Assembly (NCBI GenBank): GCA_964304625.1
Contig: OZ199840.1
Span: 4,130,490 to 4,194,489 of the forward strand
DNA: 64,000 nt
Direction of reading: 5' to 3'
Source: Kudoa neothunni
Lineage: Eukaryota; Animalia; Cnidaria
The notes below the pieces were generated by a model that saw only the letters and a program-made list of their open reading frames with translations, ran no database searches and had not been told where the DNA came from. Positions within the stretch are counted from its first letter, which is position 1; the number at the start of each line of letters is the position of its first letter. Shown here piece by piece: positions 1 through 11,596 of this stretch. A program made the position numbers and the translations under genes.

Positions 1-348
1 TTTATAAGTTGGATCTGGAATAGACGGTATTAATTCTAAGTTTATAGTTTTACTAATTAAAGGGTCTTTAATAATCTTTGACCTACCAATTTGATATTTA
101 AGAGCCCTAAATAATGATTAGTAGAATCTCATTTTTAAGCTTTGAGTCACACGTTTCGATGAAAGGAAGATAGTTTACTCCGATTGACATATTTACATAT
201 TTTTCGTTTTCAATTTAGTTTTTATTTAAATCAAAATAAAAAGAGACGATTATAATTTAAATTTTATCTATTCTCGTTGAATTACTCAATAATTGTAGGT
301 TAATATAAAAATTGATTATACATAATGTTCTTAAGCTACCAAATTATC

Positions 349-1454
349 AATGGAGTAACTATTATAAATGCGGTTTAAATTATTTAAATACGAATAAAAG
401 CATGTTAAAAATTTTCAAACATATTTTTTAGTAGTTCCTGTAATTTATTCGCATGTGTCATTTCACGACCAAAAAGTTACGATTGGTACTATATCAGATT
501 TCGAATTTAAGTGTATAGGATCATCTGTTGATGATTGATACAAGACGTTAACTTTAGTTACTGTACTTAATATAGGAAGAGAATAACTTATTCAGTTTTA
601 TGATATCGTGATATTCTTTTGGTATTTGATAACAAAATTTTTTATTAATTGAAAATAATCGATAAAAAATCTATCGATTACTTTTATATAAATAGATTAT
701 TCTAGTTATGGGTTATATTTAATTTTTAAATCGAATTAATAAGAAATTAATGTAGATATTTTACTAATGATTCATTAACGTATTATTGGATAATATCATC
801 TTTAAAATAAATTAATAAAAATATATACGAACTCTGGACATGAATTATCATCCTTTTTTCTCTTTATCAGCGGCATAGCTGGTTAAGGTAAAATGGGCGA
901 GAATAAAATAGCATGTTTCATGTGATTATAGTAATTAGCGTGAGTGTTGTAAATGTTATATAAATTAAAAAATACATTAAATATGCTAAAAAATTCTTAA
1001 TTATAAGTTTCTACTAGAGTATAAATTTTATAATTTATACTTACGTTGGTATTCTTAATTGCCTTCGATTCCACCTGTAGTTTGTGCCGGATAAAATTTT
1101 TTTATTTATGACTGTCAAATTTAACTGCTTCGTTTTAAACAGTCTGGAAAACTAAATATTTTTGTTTTGATAAAATTGCTTTTTTACATTTTTGAAGAGA
1201 TTATAGTATTACAATTTAAATCGCTTTAGCTTCATATTCTATATCTTGTAATTTAGACATTTTCCATTCTTTTAGATTTTCCGTGAACCTCTGATTCTTA
1301 CACGTTTTAAAATTTATTGTCATTCTTTAATTTTAATCATAGAACTATTTTGAGTTAATATATGATTCATATGGTTAAAATATATGCGGCCTTTCATTTC
1401 GTGGTTTTATACTGAATTAAATTTGATATTAACGTATTAATACTGAGTTATTAG
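349..1454 (+). pseudogene. possible decayed 5' portion of MSH5
   Basis: Short collinear peptide remnants resemble the MSH5 N-terminal and middle regions (VSFHDQKVTI...LIQFYD; LVFLIAF; ELNLIL just before the DHETE exon). They are interrupted by stops and the interval is too short to encode the expected roughly 500 aa. Weak similarity, judged by eye. Confidence 0.3.
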
Positions 1455-2788
1455 ATCATGAGACAGAAATATCTATACAGTTACAAGACTTAATAGTTTC
1501 GAGCAATGTTAAACTGAATCAACTCATTGAGATCATTGGTGAGATAGATTGTCTGATGGCATTCACCGAAAACGCCGTTCGGTACAATCTTCATCGTCCA
1601 ATAATAGTTAATGAGAGCGTGATTGAGTTGAAAGAATCCAGAAATTTACTTTACGAATTGGTTATACCAGAATTTATCGAAAATGATTTTTCGATAGGAA
1701 CTGACCAGAGTCGCATTAATGTTTTGTTTAGTTCCAATTGTTCAGGAAAAAGTGTACTACTTAAACAAGTAGGAAATAAAATTTTTTACTCTTTAACGTA
1801 GTTATTTGAATTAAAAATTCAAAAAGGTTGGATTAATTGTCTACATGGCTCACATTGGCTCATTTGTTCCTGCCAAATATGCTAAAATTGGTCTAACGGA
1901 CCAAATATTTACAAAACTTAATCAATCAGATTCAGTCATTTCTGGAAATTCAACATTTGGTTCTGATCTCAACCAAGCAATTCCAATAATTTTGTCTAAA
2001 ATGATTATTTAATAATAGATAGAGAAATCTTTGACATATGCCACTAAAAATTCGTTAATTCTAATGGACGAATTCGGATCTGCTACTAACCCAGTATTTG
2101 GATTAAAAGAAGCGAACTGAATGTTCCTGTATTTTATTAGATTGATGGAATCGCATTATACACTAGTATAATTAAATTTTGGACAAGCAAAGGAATACAC
2201 TGCCCAAAATTTGTTTCCACTTCTCATTTTACAGACATTATTGAACTGGAACTATTACCAAAAACTTCGCTAATCAATTATTGTGTAATAATAAATTGAA
2301 TTTGAGAATTAAATTAGCCGTGATAGACAATGGAGAGTATTTATAACAAAGATGAGAACATTTTTGTGCATCTATACAAACTTATAAATTTGGATACAGA
2401 CCGAGAAAAATTTTCTTCTGTTTTGGGATATAACGCAACCTCTTCGATATTACAAATATGCAAAAAGACTGAGATACCAAACTCGGTTATTGACGTTTTC
2501 ACAAAAGTTTTAACAATACCTTCAAATCAGTCGATTCACTTCTTGTTAAGGTCACCAACTGTTTAAAACGAGGAAAAAAAATTTATTTCTCCAGAAAGCA
2601 TCAATGCTACATTGATAACAAGTAAATTTAATTTCATGATAATTTTTGTAATTATTTGATGCTACTATCGCAGATTTATCGAACATATCAATGAAATAAT
2701 GAATCTAGATGAGAATGATGAAAATGATTTGGAGAGTATAAGAAATATTATCGAAGAAATTGATGTTGAAAAATACTTTCAAGGTTAA
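1455..2788 (+). CDS. MSH5: MutS homolog 5 (meiotic MutSgamma subunit), C-terminal lever/ATPase exons; 5' end unresolved
   Basis: Spliced reading DHETEISIQLQ...SSNCSGKSVLLKQ|VGLIVYMAHIGSFVPAKYAKIGLTDQIFTK...STFGSDLNQ|IEKSLTYATKNSLILMDEFGSATNP|IDGIAL...STSHF. Introns include 1769-1826, 1977-2018 (GC-AG) and 2507-2550; stop TAA at 2786-2788. STF..DLNQ and MAHIGSFVPA are MSH5-type motifs. Confidence 0.85.
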
Positions 2789-4467
2789 AAATTTATAAAC
2801 TTACGAATAAACTTTAATACAATTAAATCTTCTAAATAATATGAGATACAGATGCTGTTTCTAGAACCTTAGCATATAAAAATTAGGAGAAATCAATTCC
2901 CTTAATGTTTCTCTTTTAATTTTATATACTAGTCATACATTCAAAATGTTTTTGTCTTTTGAATAAGTATAACGGTAGAGAATTAAATTATAGTGAACGC
3001 GTGTAAAGTATATTATCCGAATGATTTGAGATTTGTTTCTGATAAATAAAATTTATCTAGCTTTTATTTTAAAAAATTCAAGAAAAATGTATACTTAATG
3101 CAATGATATAAAAGTCGATTTCGAAAGAATGGTAGTTTTAATTATTTCAGACCGGCGGTTGTCAAAGTGAGTTCCACAAAGATGCAATGAAAACGACGTT
3201 TAAGCATAACTTAAAAAATCGGTACAGATCGTATCTAATGATATCAATGAATTTTCACTAATAGCTAAAGTTGACAACACTGGTGATAGCTGGCCGTTGT
3301 CTGTTAGCTACGCACCAACGCACCTGCAGGAAGATTGTGCCGCTTTACTGTGAACACAAGAATCTATTCGATTCAACTGATTATTTAACTATTTTTTTAC
3401 ATTCCTATAATGGATCGATGATTAGAAAAGATAAGTACAACTTTATCGAAAGAAGACGCGGAAATAGATTAACTATCAAATGAAAGATCCCCAAGCACTA
3501 ATAATCAAACACGGAATATGCTCCAATTTAATGTGCTTAAGATTATTTTCTTTAGTATTATATGTATTTGCTATTCCAATTCGAATAAGCGTGTTAACAA
3601 TAAAATATCTTGTTATAATAATAAGCATTAACCCATTAAGGCTAGCTCAACAAACCTTAATGGTTTAATTTAGACAGGGGTTCCATTATATTACAAAAAG
3701 TGTGTTTCATTGCAAAAAAAGTTTGAGAACCACTGTTTTAGACTGATGTAAATCATATGGAGAGTTAAAAATCATGAAAATACACGTGAAGTTATTTGTA
3801 GCTTTATTTTCATTTTTAATAAAAATATGACTTAAAATTAATAAACCTAGACTTTGAACATTTAAAAAATAGGAAAGCACAATTCACATTAACAATACTC
3901 ACTTAATAATATTTGTATTTTTAACGATTTAAAATAAAGATGTCTGATTTCATAAAGATACTTATGTTAAAAAGAGCGGTCAGAATAAATTCTAGTTCTT
4001 TTGTCTAGGAATATCTAAAAAAATTGAAATTAATTTTAATACATTTATTTTATTGTTCAATAAAGTATAATCTTCGTAGTATTATTGAACAACCTGATTT
4101 TGAATTTGTATGCCTAAATTTTATAAAATTCCACAATATTTTTTTAGAAATTAAAATTATTGTCATTTTATTCTCATCATAAAATGGTGTTGATTTCTAA
4201 GAGAATATAAGGATTTCGACTAATAAAAAAAATTGTGCTTTGAGCTAGGAAATAAATGACTATTACGGGGTACGCGAGACAGAGCTAATTCAACAGCACA
4301 AAATATTTATTAGGTAGCAAATTATTGATTGCATTTCTCTTAACGAAAAATCTAAGAAAATTACTGCCTAACGTTTGAATAAAATAGAATGTAAATTTTA
4401 TTTTTGTCCAATAATTTTGAGTAAAAGATACTCGAAAATGCCAAAAAAAAAAGAATATGCAAAAAAT

Positions 4468-6148
4468 TCAAGATAAAAATCTAAAATCAAATTTTTCTGG
4501 CGCAAAAGGAACAATAGAGTTAATAATATTATTCCAGTTGGTGCCTGAAAAGTATGGATGTTTGACAATATAGTTAAAGTTGGCTCGGGATTGTGGTTCT
4601 GGATGTAGTAGTTTCGAAATGATATCGGCAGCATTTGAGGAAATAGTAGGAATCTCACCGTTAGCGACGGTTGGACAAGTACCACCTCCGAATTTCGCCT
4701 TAAGCAGTGTTATGGTTTCTTTTTCTGTTTCGAAGTCAACCGAATCAGATATTGGAGGCCATACAAGGTCACGATCGATGATATTTTTAAAAATAAGCTC
4801 GACAGAATCATCATTAAAAGGAGGGAAACCACACAGAAATTCATAGAAACAAACTCCAAGGGCCCACCAATCCACTTCCGATCCTTCTCTCGATCTAAGC
4901 AGAATTTCAGGCGCCAAATAATCAGGAGTTCCCCACACACTATCTCCTGACTGTTTTCGATCTTCTACTATCGCATTAAAATTTTCCGGATTCGCCAAAT
5001 TAATGGGAGTTATTATTTCGGCACTATTGAGACGAGGTTTTTTCGATGATAGCGAATTACATTCATCGACATCTTCGATAAAATGTGACGATTTCAGAAG
5101 TGTATCGGAAAGGTTGTGATGAATCAGATGGCTATTTGAGACAATATCTAACAGTTTTGTGTTATCATTGAATGTGGAATCATCACGTAGATGAGATGAA
5201 TTTTCAAACGAATCTGATGGGTCCAAAAAAATTTTATTGTAACATGTGTGGATACTATTTTCATGTTTGCTGGATTCGAGAAAAGGCACAGGTAATTGGG
5301 ACGGAGCTAAATCATGCTGACTAGTACTAGAAAAATGAAATTGTATGTCCTTGGATGATGGATCGTTTGTATGTTTATTTTTTTGGGGTTTATTTTCCAA
5401 CGTGGGAGAAAATGTAAATTGTGTTGTCAACGATAACAACTGTCCAGGAGTTCTACTGTATGCTCTTTTAATTCGTTGACTATACATCATATTCAAAGGT
5501 GTCTAAACGTTAATCATCATTAGTTGTATTATCATAAATTTCAGCTGTACACACATTATCAGCCATAGTTGTGGAAATTTTTCTCATTGGAGTTGTGTTT
5601 ATAAGATCGTTTATGTTAAGTTGATGATCCAAATTCAATTTTGAAAGTCCAAAGTCAGATAGTTTGATGTGGCCACTGTTAGCTATCAAAACGTTATCCG
5701 GTTTGAGATCTTTATGAATGATATTTTTTCTATACAACCTCAACAATGCTTCTTAAAATATCTTTTACTTGTGTAAATAATTGAGAGCCATTGTTAATTC
5801 AGAAATGTAGAATCTGGTCATAAAATTCGTGAATCGGCCCAATTTATGCAGTAATGATTTCAAATCTCCTCCAGCCATATATTCCATAACCAGATGGACG
5901 CATTTTGCTGTTTGAAATGAGTAAAATATTCTAACCACAAATTCACAGTTAACCAACGCTAGCGCATCCCTCTCGTTGAAAACTTGTTGAACAATATTTT
6001 TGGTTTGGATATAACTCTTACTGATAGATTTGATGGCATAAAGGGTGCCATCGGAGTTTTTTGTGGCGAGTTTGATTGTCCCAAAACCTCCTTTACTTAT
6101 TATTCTTTTGGCAGTAAAATCTTTTAGTGACGGTAATAACGGCGCCAT
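4468..6148 (-). CDS. MASTL: Greatwall/MASTL serine-threonine kinase (3 exons, 529 aa)
   Basis: Exons 6148-5769, 5729-5555 and 5502-4468 are joined by GT-AG introns of 39 and 52 nt. Motifs [56 protein letters not shown], a long insert, GTPDYLAPE and [18 protein letters not shown] form the Greatwall signature. Confidence 0.92.
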
Positions 6149-6180
6149 CGAAACATTGATTATAATTTATAATCGCTTAT

Positions 6181-6190
6181 GTGCGCGCGT
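6181..6190. promoter_or_regulatory. CG-rich GCGC element upstream of Greatwall ATG
   Basis: GTGCGCGCGT about 33 bp upstream of the start codon in an otherwise AT-rich context; the same motif class precedes other genes in the window. Confidence 0.4.
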
Positions 6191-7663
6191 TTTTAAAGCG
6201 CTTCCTAACTTAAACCAGATTCGCACTACTTATAAATGATGTAGTGAAATTTGTGTTTAATTTTGTTGTAAGCTCAATACGCTGAAATTAAAGGAACGCG
6301 TAATAAGCTTATTAAACAGTTTTGTTTTTGATGAAAATCGTTAACCTTCGAAGGACCATGCTCAAAAATTTACGTTTGTTTCCATGGTGACGGCCAGCGT
6401 CCTCAAAGTTTTATATTATAATGATTGAATTTTTTTCTAAATTTTGATGGAAAGAATAAATAATATTTTTACCATTAAAATATGTATTTAAGGTAATTAG
6501 GCAACGAAAGAAAGTTGTTAAAAATGTTGAACTCTTTTGACCGATATTATTAATTTAACATACTCAAATAAAACTTCAAATGATGATTGTAATATATAAC
6601 TATTTTTATTTCGTTTTGAATTGATTGGAATAAAATAGAAACTTCTACGCTATTTTTAATATAAATATTAGGCGTTTGGCCACGACACTAACTGGAGATG
6701 TCTCAGATGGAGTTCGGTAGTCTATGATTCATGTATAGATTAGGATACGTTTACAACACATCCCCAGTATTAGAGAATAATGTTGAGTTTAAATAAAGAA
6801 AGGATGAATTCATTTGAATAATGATCGAGAATATTTTTAAACAGGGTATAAGTATGATTCAAAGCTTATTTATTTCAACTTGATTTAATTGTTTCACTAG
6901 CCTTATGGAAATAGCTTAGCTTCTCTTCATTAACTATTTAAAAAATATAACATTTAGTAAAAATGATTAGTATTTAGTTTTAAGGAATGTGGAAATCGTC
7001 GAAATTTGGCGATATCATGGAACAGAAATAAAGTGACTAGGTTTAGTCAATTAATTACTAAACTATACGATTAATTTTAAGTGAAATATGCTCAATTATA
7101 ATTTATAGAGGTTCTCAGTTGAACTCGGTACATTTTTAGATTGGACCAAAATTCATACTTAAACGTTAAAATCATTTTCAAGCTATCATATTACTAATTT
7201 TCAACCAAGACTAGTTATAAAATTTATGTATATATTTGATTTATCATAATATTTTATAATGAAATTAATTTACATGCCGGATATTGTTTTCTTCGAGAAT
7301 TATGTTTTAAGCTTACAAGTTGTTTTTTTTGTTCAATTTTTGTATAAATTAAATATCATTATACATCTAGCACTTAGATTAAAAATAATTGTTGTTAATA
7401 AACGAAATTATTAACAAATTTCTTACCTATTAAAACATGGAAATAAAAAACATTAAATTTAATATTTTTATAGGTCATATTATAGAATAATTTCTTTGCA
7501 AAAATTCAACCTTAGAGTCAAATGAGCTTGATTAATTTCCACCACATGTGACTAATAGAATGTGAGAATTCTGTTTCTAATCCCATTTTCTGGGGTGACA
7601 AAGAAACCCATTCAATTTTTTGTATTTTTTTAAAAAACCTTTTGTTCCTACATTTTATATTAA

Positions 7664-10013
7664 CCCATAGCGGGTTTTCGTTGCTTTTTCGGCTCTGGTA
7701 TATCAGCACCGCCATAAAAACTTTCATTATTTTTAAAATTTTATTATTTTTTCCCCATCAATTAATGAATGCATTTTTTATTTATTACTAAAGTATAATT
7801 ATAGTTAATAATGTATTTGTAAAGATATGATAATAAATAACTCATACCTTGTGCTTAGGTTATAATGCAACAAAAAATTTATGATATTAGTCTCTTTGAA
7901 GAGTATTTTTGTAAATTTAGTAAAATTATATTTAGTTGTATGATATAAATTCAATTTAAGAACTAAAGACTTATCTAAGATAAGTTATAACGGATGTAAT
8001 GTGAGGCCGAAAAAGCAACGAAGAACGACCGGCATGCTAAATCCTAATAATCCCACATTTGTTACTTAAGAGATGAGGTATAGGAATTTGATCGACGCAG
8101 TTGATGAAATTGATAATAATGATGATGAAATTAATTGCATCGATATTGTAACATTACCCCCTGAAACAGTCGATATTTTAACGGACGAAGAAGAAAGTTT
8201 TGTCAGCCTAGATTCAGACAATGTTGACATCAGGAATGTCCCCGAAATTTGCGGGGAAGTTGAGATATTTTCAACATTAGATGATGGTCAGACTGCTGAG
8301 AACTTCATGGCTAAGTGGGAAAAAAATTATTCATTCATCAAATTTATCAACCGATGCGAAAACTAATGTTTTTTCACAAAACAAAAATGAATTGCCAACA
8401 AACGTTTCGCTCGAAAAATACGATTCACTTGAAGCATTTTATGGATTTTTTGATGAAAGTTTATTGATGCACATTGTTAAACAAAGTAATCTGTACGCTC
8501 GCCAGAAGAATGACCATTCTTTCCACTTATCGTTAAATGAACTAAAATCATTCATTGGTATTTTGCTACTGTCTGGATATAATAAATTATCCCAACAACA
8601 TATGTATTGGGAATCTGCAATGGACTCTGGAGTTGATATAGTCAGAAAATGCATGTCCTATAAACGCTTCAAGACTATAAAATCATATATTCATTTTAAT
8701 AATAACGCCAATTTAGATCCTGAAGATAAGCTCTTCAAACTTACACCAATAATAAAAAAACTGAATGAAAATTTTAAGAAATTTGGTATTTTCCATAATA
8801 ACGTTTGTGTTGATGAACAGATGGTTCCGTATACCGGTCACCACTCATGCAAAATGTTTATGAGAGGAAAACCAATTCGGTTTGGTTTTAAGCAGTGGAT
8901 GTTGACCTCTGCGGATGGTTTTGTGTATAGCTTTGACGTTTATACAGGCAAGTCAGCGAAATATGATAAATATTTTGGCCTCGGTGGCAGTGTTGTGCTG
9001 AATTTTGCGGACGATCTTAAGGATAAATCAAACGCTCATATTTATATGGACAATTTTTTTACATCCTATAAATTGTTCGTTGAACTGAAGAAAAGATCCC
9101 TCAAAGCAACCGGCACCGTGAGAACCAATCGTACTTCCAAATGCCCGCTTACAACAAATAAAGTGATGGAAAAAAAATCGAGAGGTTTCTTCGAAACATT
9201 TAAGGAAAAAGAATTTGGCATTGATTGTCTATATTGGAGAGATACAAAACCTGTAGCTCTAATGAGTAATGCACTAAATGCCGAACCTGTCCAACAGATC
9301 CGACGATATTTCCAATCTAAAAAAAGATACGACAATGTTCCTCAACCTTACATGTGTTATATGTATAATAAATACATGGGAGGAGTCGATGTCGTCGATG
9401 CTTCAGTTTCATGTTACAGAATAAATATAAAATCTAAAAATGGTACTGGCCCCTGTTTACCAATATGTTATCCCTGGCTGCGGTTAACTCATATAAATTG
9501 GTTACCTATACAAATGATGGAAAAATAAAATTGTTAAACCATATTCGGAATATCGTAACATGTTTAATTAGCATTAGTGACCATGAAAAACTTACCAGAA
9601 CATCGTCCCTATCCAAACTCCAAGCGTCATCATTGTGCAAAAAACCTTTGCTTAATACCCATCCTGCAAAAAAGAAACGTAGATGTATAGTTTGTAAAAA
9701 AACTACAATACATTTATGTACGAATTGCCAATGTTATATGAACATAAAATGTTCAATAAAATTTCATAAGGCATATTTATTTACAATTGTTTCACTTTAA
9801 ACCAGCTGTTATTTGTATACCGCAAACACAAACCTGCTATTGGAAAATCGCACGTCGGTAGTTTTTCGTTGCTTTTTCGGCCAATTACTAATTCAATTGT
9901 AATTCATTAAATATTTAATATTTCAAAAATCTATTACACCAGTGTTAGTTATTAATGATTTAATACATATATATAAGTTATAAATAAAATCTAAACATTG
10001 GACCCGTTATGGG
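7664..10013 (+). mobile_element. full-length piggyBac transposon (2350 bp)
   Basis: TTAA TSDs at 7660-7663 and 10014-10017; TIR CCCATA(G/A)CGGGT; internal repeats TTCGTTGCTTTTTCGGC at about 7677, about 8005 (inverted) and about 9864. Confidence 0.93.
8073..9800 (+). pseudogene. piggyBac (PGBD2/3-like) transposase with two single-base frameshifts in A-runs
   Basis: ORFs 8073-8366, 8281-9528 and 9465-9800 join into one transposase with an acidic N-terminus, DDD triad (VDEQM, MDNFF, GVDVVD) and a C-terminal Cys-rich domain RRCIVC...CTNC. Shifts lie at TGGGAAAAAAATT (about 8320) and TCTAAAAATGGTACTGG (about 9436). Confidence 0.88.
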
Positions 10014-10742
10014 TTAAGGTAAAAGCGGCTAATTTTATGTTATATAGTCTCTAAGAATAAAATTTAAATAAGAATACTTAAAGTGGACCTATCATAGGTT
10101 GTAAGTATAACTTTTCTAGGTACTCGAGATGAATTTAATCATTAAGTGTAAGTATATGTGTTTTCCGCTGAAGTATGTCTTTTAAAGTAAAAATCATAAA
10201 AAACATTTATTTATAGAGATTTTAATGTTTCAGTACGAATTTTGGTCAGAACCAAAAATGTGCCGCGTTCAATTGAGAAACCCTATATGGCAACCTAAGC
10301 TTAAGTAATAGAAAAAGAAATGTTATGGAGTATTTTAAACGCATACTAATATCCTGTTCTGTTTTCTACGCGCAATAATTACGACGACAACATTAGTTAG
10401 GGGTGTTGATCTCTTAATCTTCCTCCATTTTCGGGATGTTTGGACAGAGGACAAAAATTGTTACAAATTACAATATTCCTTCGTTCAGTCGTAACAAAAT
10501 ACGTTGGTATATTCATCTTTGTTATCATACAAATTTAATACACTTCAAACAACCATATAACAATAGTTTTCAATAACATACATACTAATGTTGTGCGATA
10601 TAAAAACAATTTGTTATCCGCAAAATCCTAGAATTGAGCTGAAATTTTGGATTTTTACAGAATAAACATTAATATAAGATAATACCAACTCTAAAAGTAA
10701 AATAAACGTTCACCTAACCAAAAACAAACATTTGTCAACAAT

Positions 10743-10779
10743 GGGGTCATGAACGACCCGCATAGTCTGGGCTGGTTAA
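10743..10779. mobile_element. orphan piggyBac-like terminus
   Basis: GGGGTC-N6-GACCC palindrome followed by ...CTGG-TTAA, the same layout as the end of the piggyBac at 32936-32975. Confidence 0.45.
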
Positions 10780-11596
10780 TTAAAATTATGTTTATCCCAA
10801 ATATTATGTTTAATTTTCAGTGTTATAATAATACAAAGATGAGGTAATATTAATCGATTAGGAATTAAAAATGAATGAGAAACAACATTAATATAATTAA
10901 TATCGCAATAAAACACATTAAGGTGAATATATTAGAATAATGATACAACAAAAAGGCGTCTAATGTTTAGAGAGTGGATATCAATACCCCACATATGTTT
11001 AGTTAATTTGACTGGGTCACAAGGCTTACCTTACGCCTGGCGTATCACCGCTGAAGCAAAGTTGAACAAAATGAATCGCGCATCATGAGATTTGTTTGAA
11101 GCAGCTAATGATATCATTTGATTACAAGCATATAAATTACTTTGTTTGATAGACGTAAATAATTTAGATATTTCATTATATCCTTTTGTCAAACGGATTA
11201 TTTGTAGATATTTGAAAATGATTTGGTCAATTATTGTGCATGATTAAATAGAACTGCATTTTGTTTGCTTTTTGTCAGCATACATAAAGCTAAATTATTT
11301 ATTCATTAACACGTTAAAACATTAATAGGCGGTATGTGGCGAATGCCTATGCTATTAAATCTAAGCTTAATAGGATATACAATGATTACTATGTTTAATT
11401 GAGTTTGATTACATTATTTTACGATTATTGCCTGAAACAATCGCACTTTTGAACTTATTAACTACCGGTAGATTTTATTGGGTGGTCCCGTCGTAAAATT
11501 TGAATTGGGGGGAATGCATACACCCAAGTGCCACAAAGCGTGCGAAGTCACGCTTCAGGTTCGTGTATCCAAAGCACATTTGAAATTTCCGAAAGC

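Larger units (their letters stand above)
7106..10285. mobile_element. non-autonomous Tc1/pogo-type element with about 70-bp TIRs, interrupted by a piggyBac
   Basis: Left TAGAGGTTCTCAGTTGAACTCGGTACATTTTTAGATTGGACCAAAATTC matches the reverse complement of the right end TAGGGTTTCTCAATTGAACGCGGCACATTTTTGGTTCTGACCAAAATTC; TA on both flanks (7104-7105, 10286-10287). Confidence 0.75.

Noticed and set aside
3152-3735. Short hAT-like ends (GTTGTCAA inverted pair; GTTTGAGAACCACTG)
   Set aside because: Too short and without convincing TSDs to delimit an element.
4060-4197. Minus-strand peptide STPFYDENKMTII resembling an AGC kinase segment
   Set aside because: Short, AT-rich, with no other kinase motifs around it; probably chance.
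4398-4940. Overlapping alternative-frame and antisense ORFs here and over the SLC7, TBC and transposase genes
   Set aside because: Shadow ORFs of real coding regions with no recognisable motifs.
5711-5713. Reassignment of AAA/AAG to Arg as an explanation of HKD
   Set aside because: AAA also encodes the invariant lysines of the kinase AIK motif and the MSH5 Walker A GKS.
5497-5768. Greatwall broken into three ORFs, suggesting a pseudogene
   Set aside because: Two canonical introns (5730-5768, 5503-5554) restore one frame.
6341-10779. A larger piggyBac spanning TTAACCTTCG (6341) to CTGGTTAA (10779)
   Set aside because: The two termini are not inverted repeats of each other.
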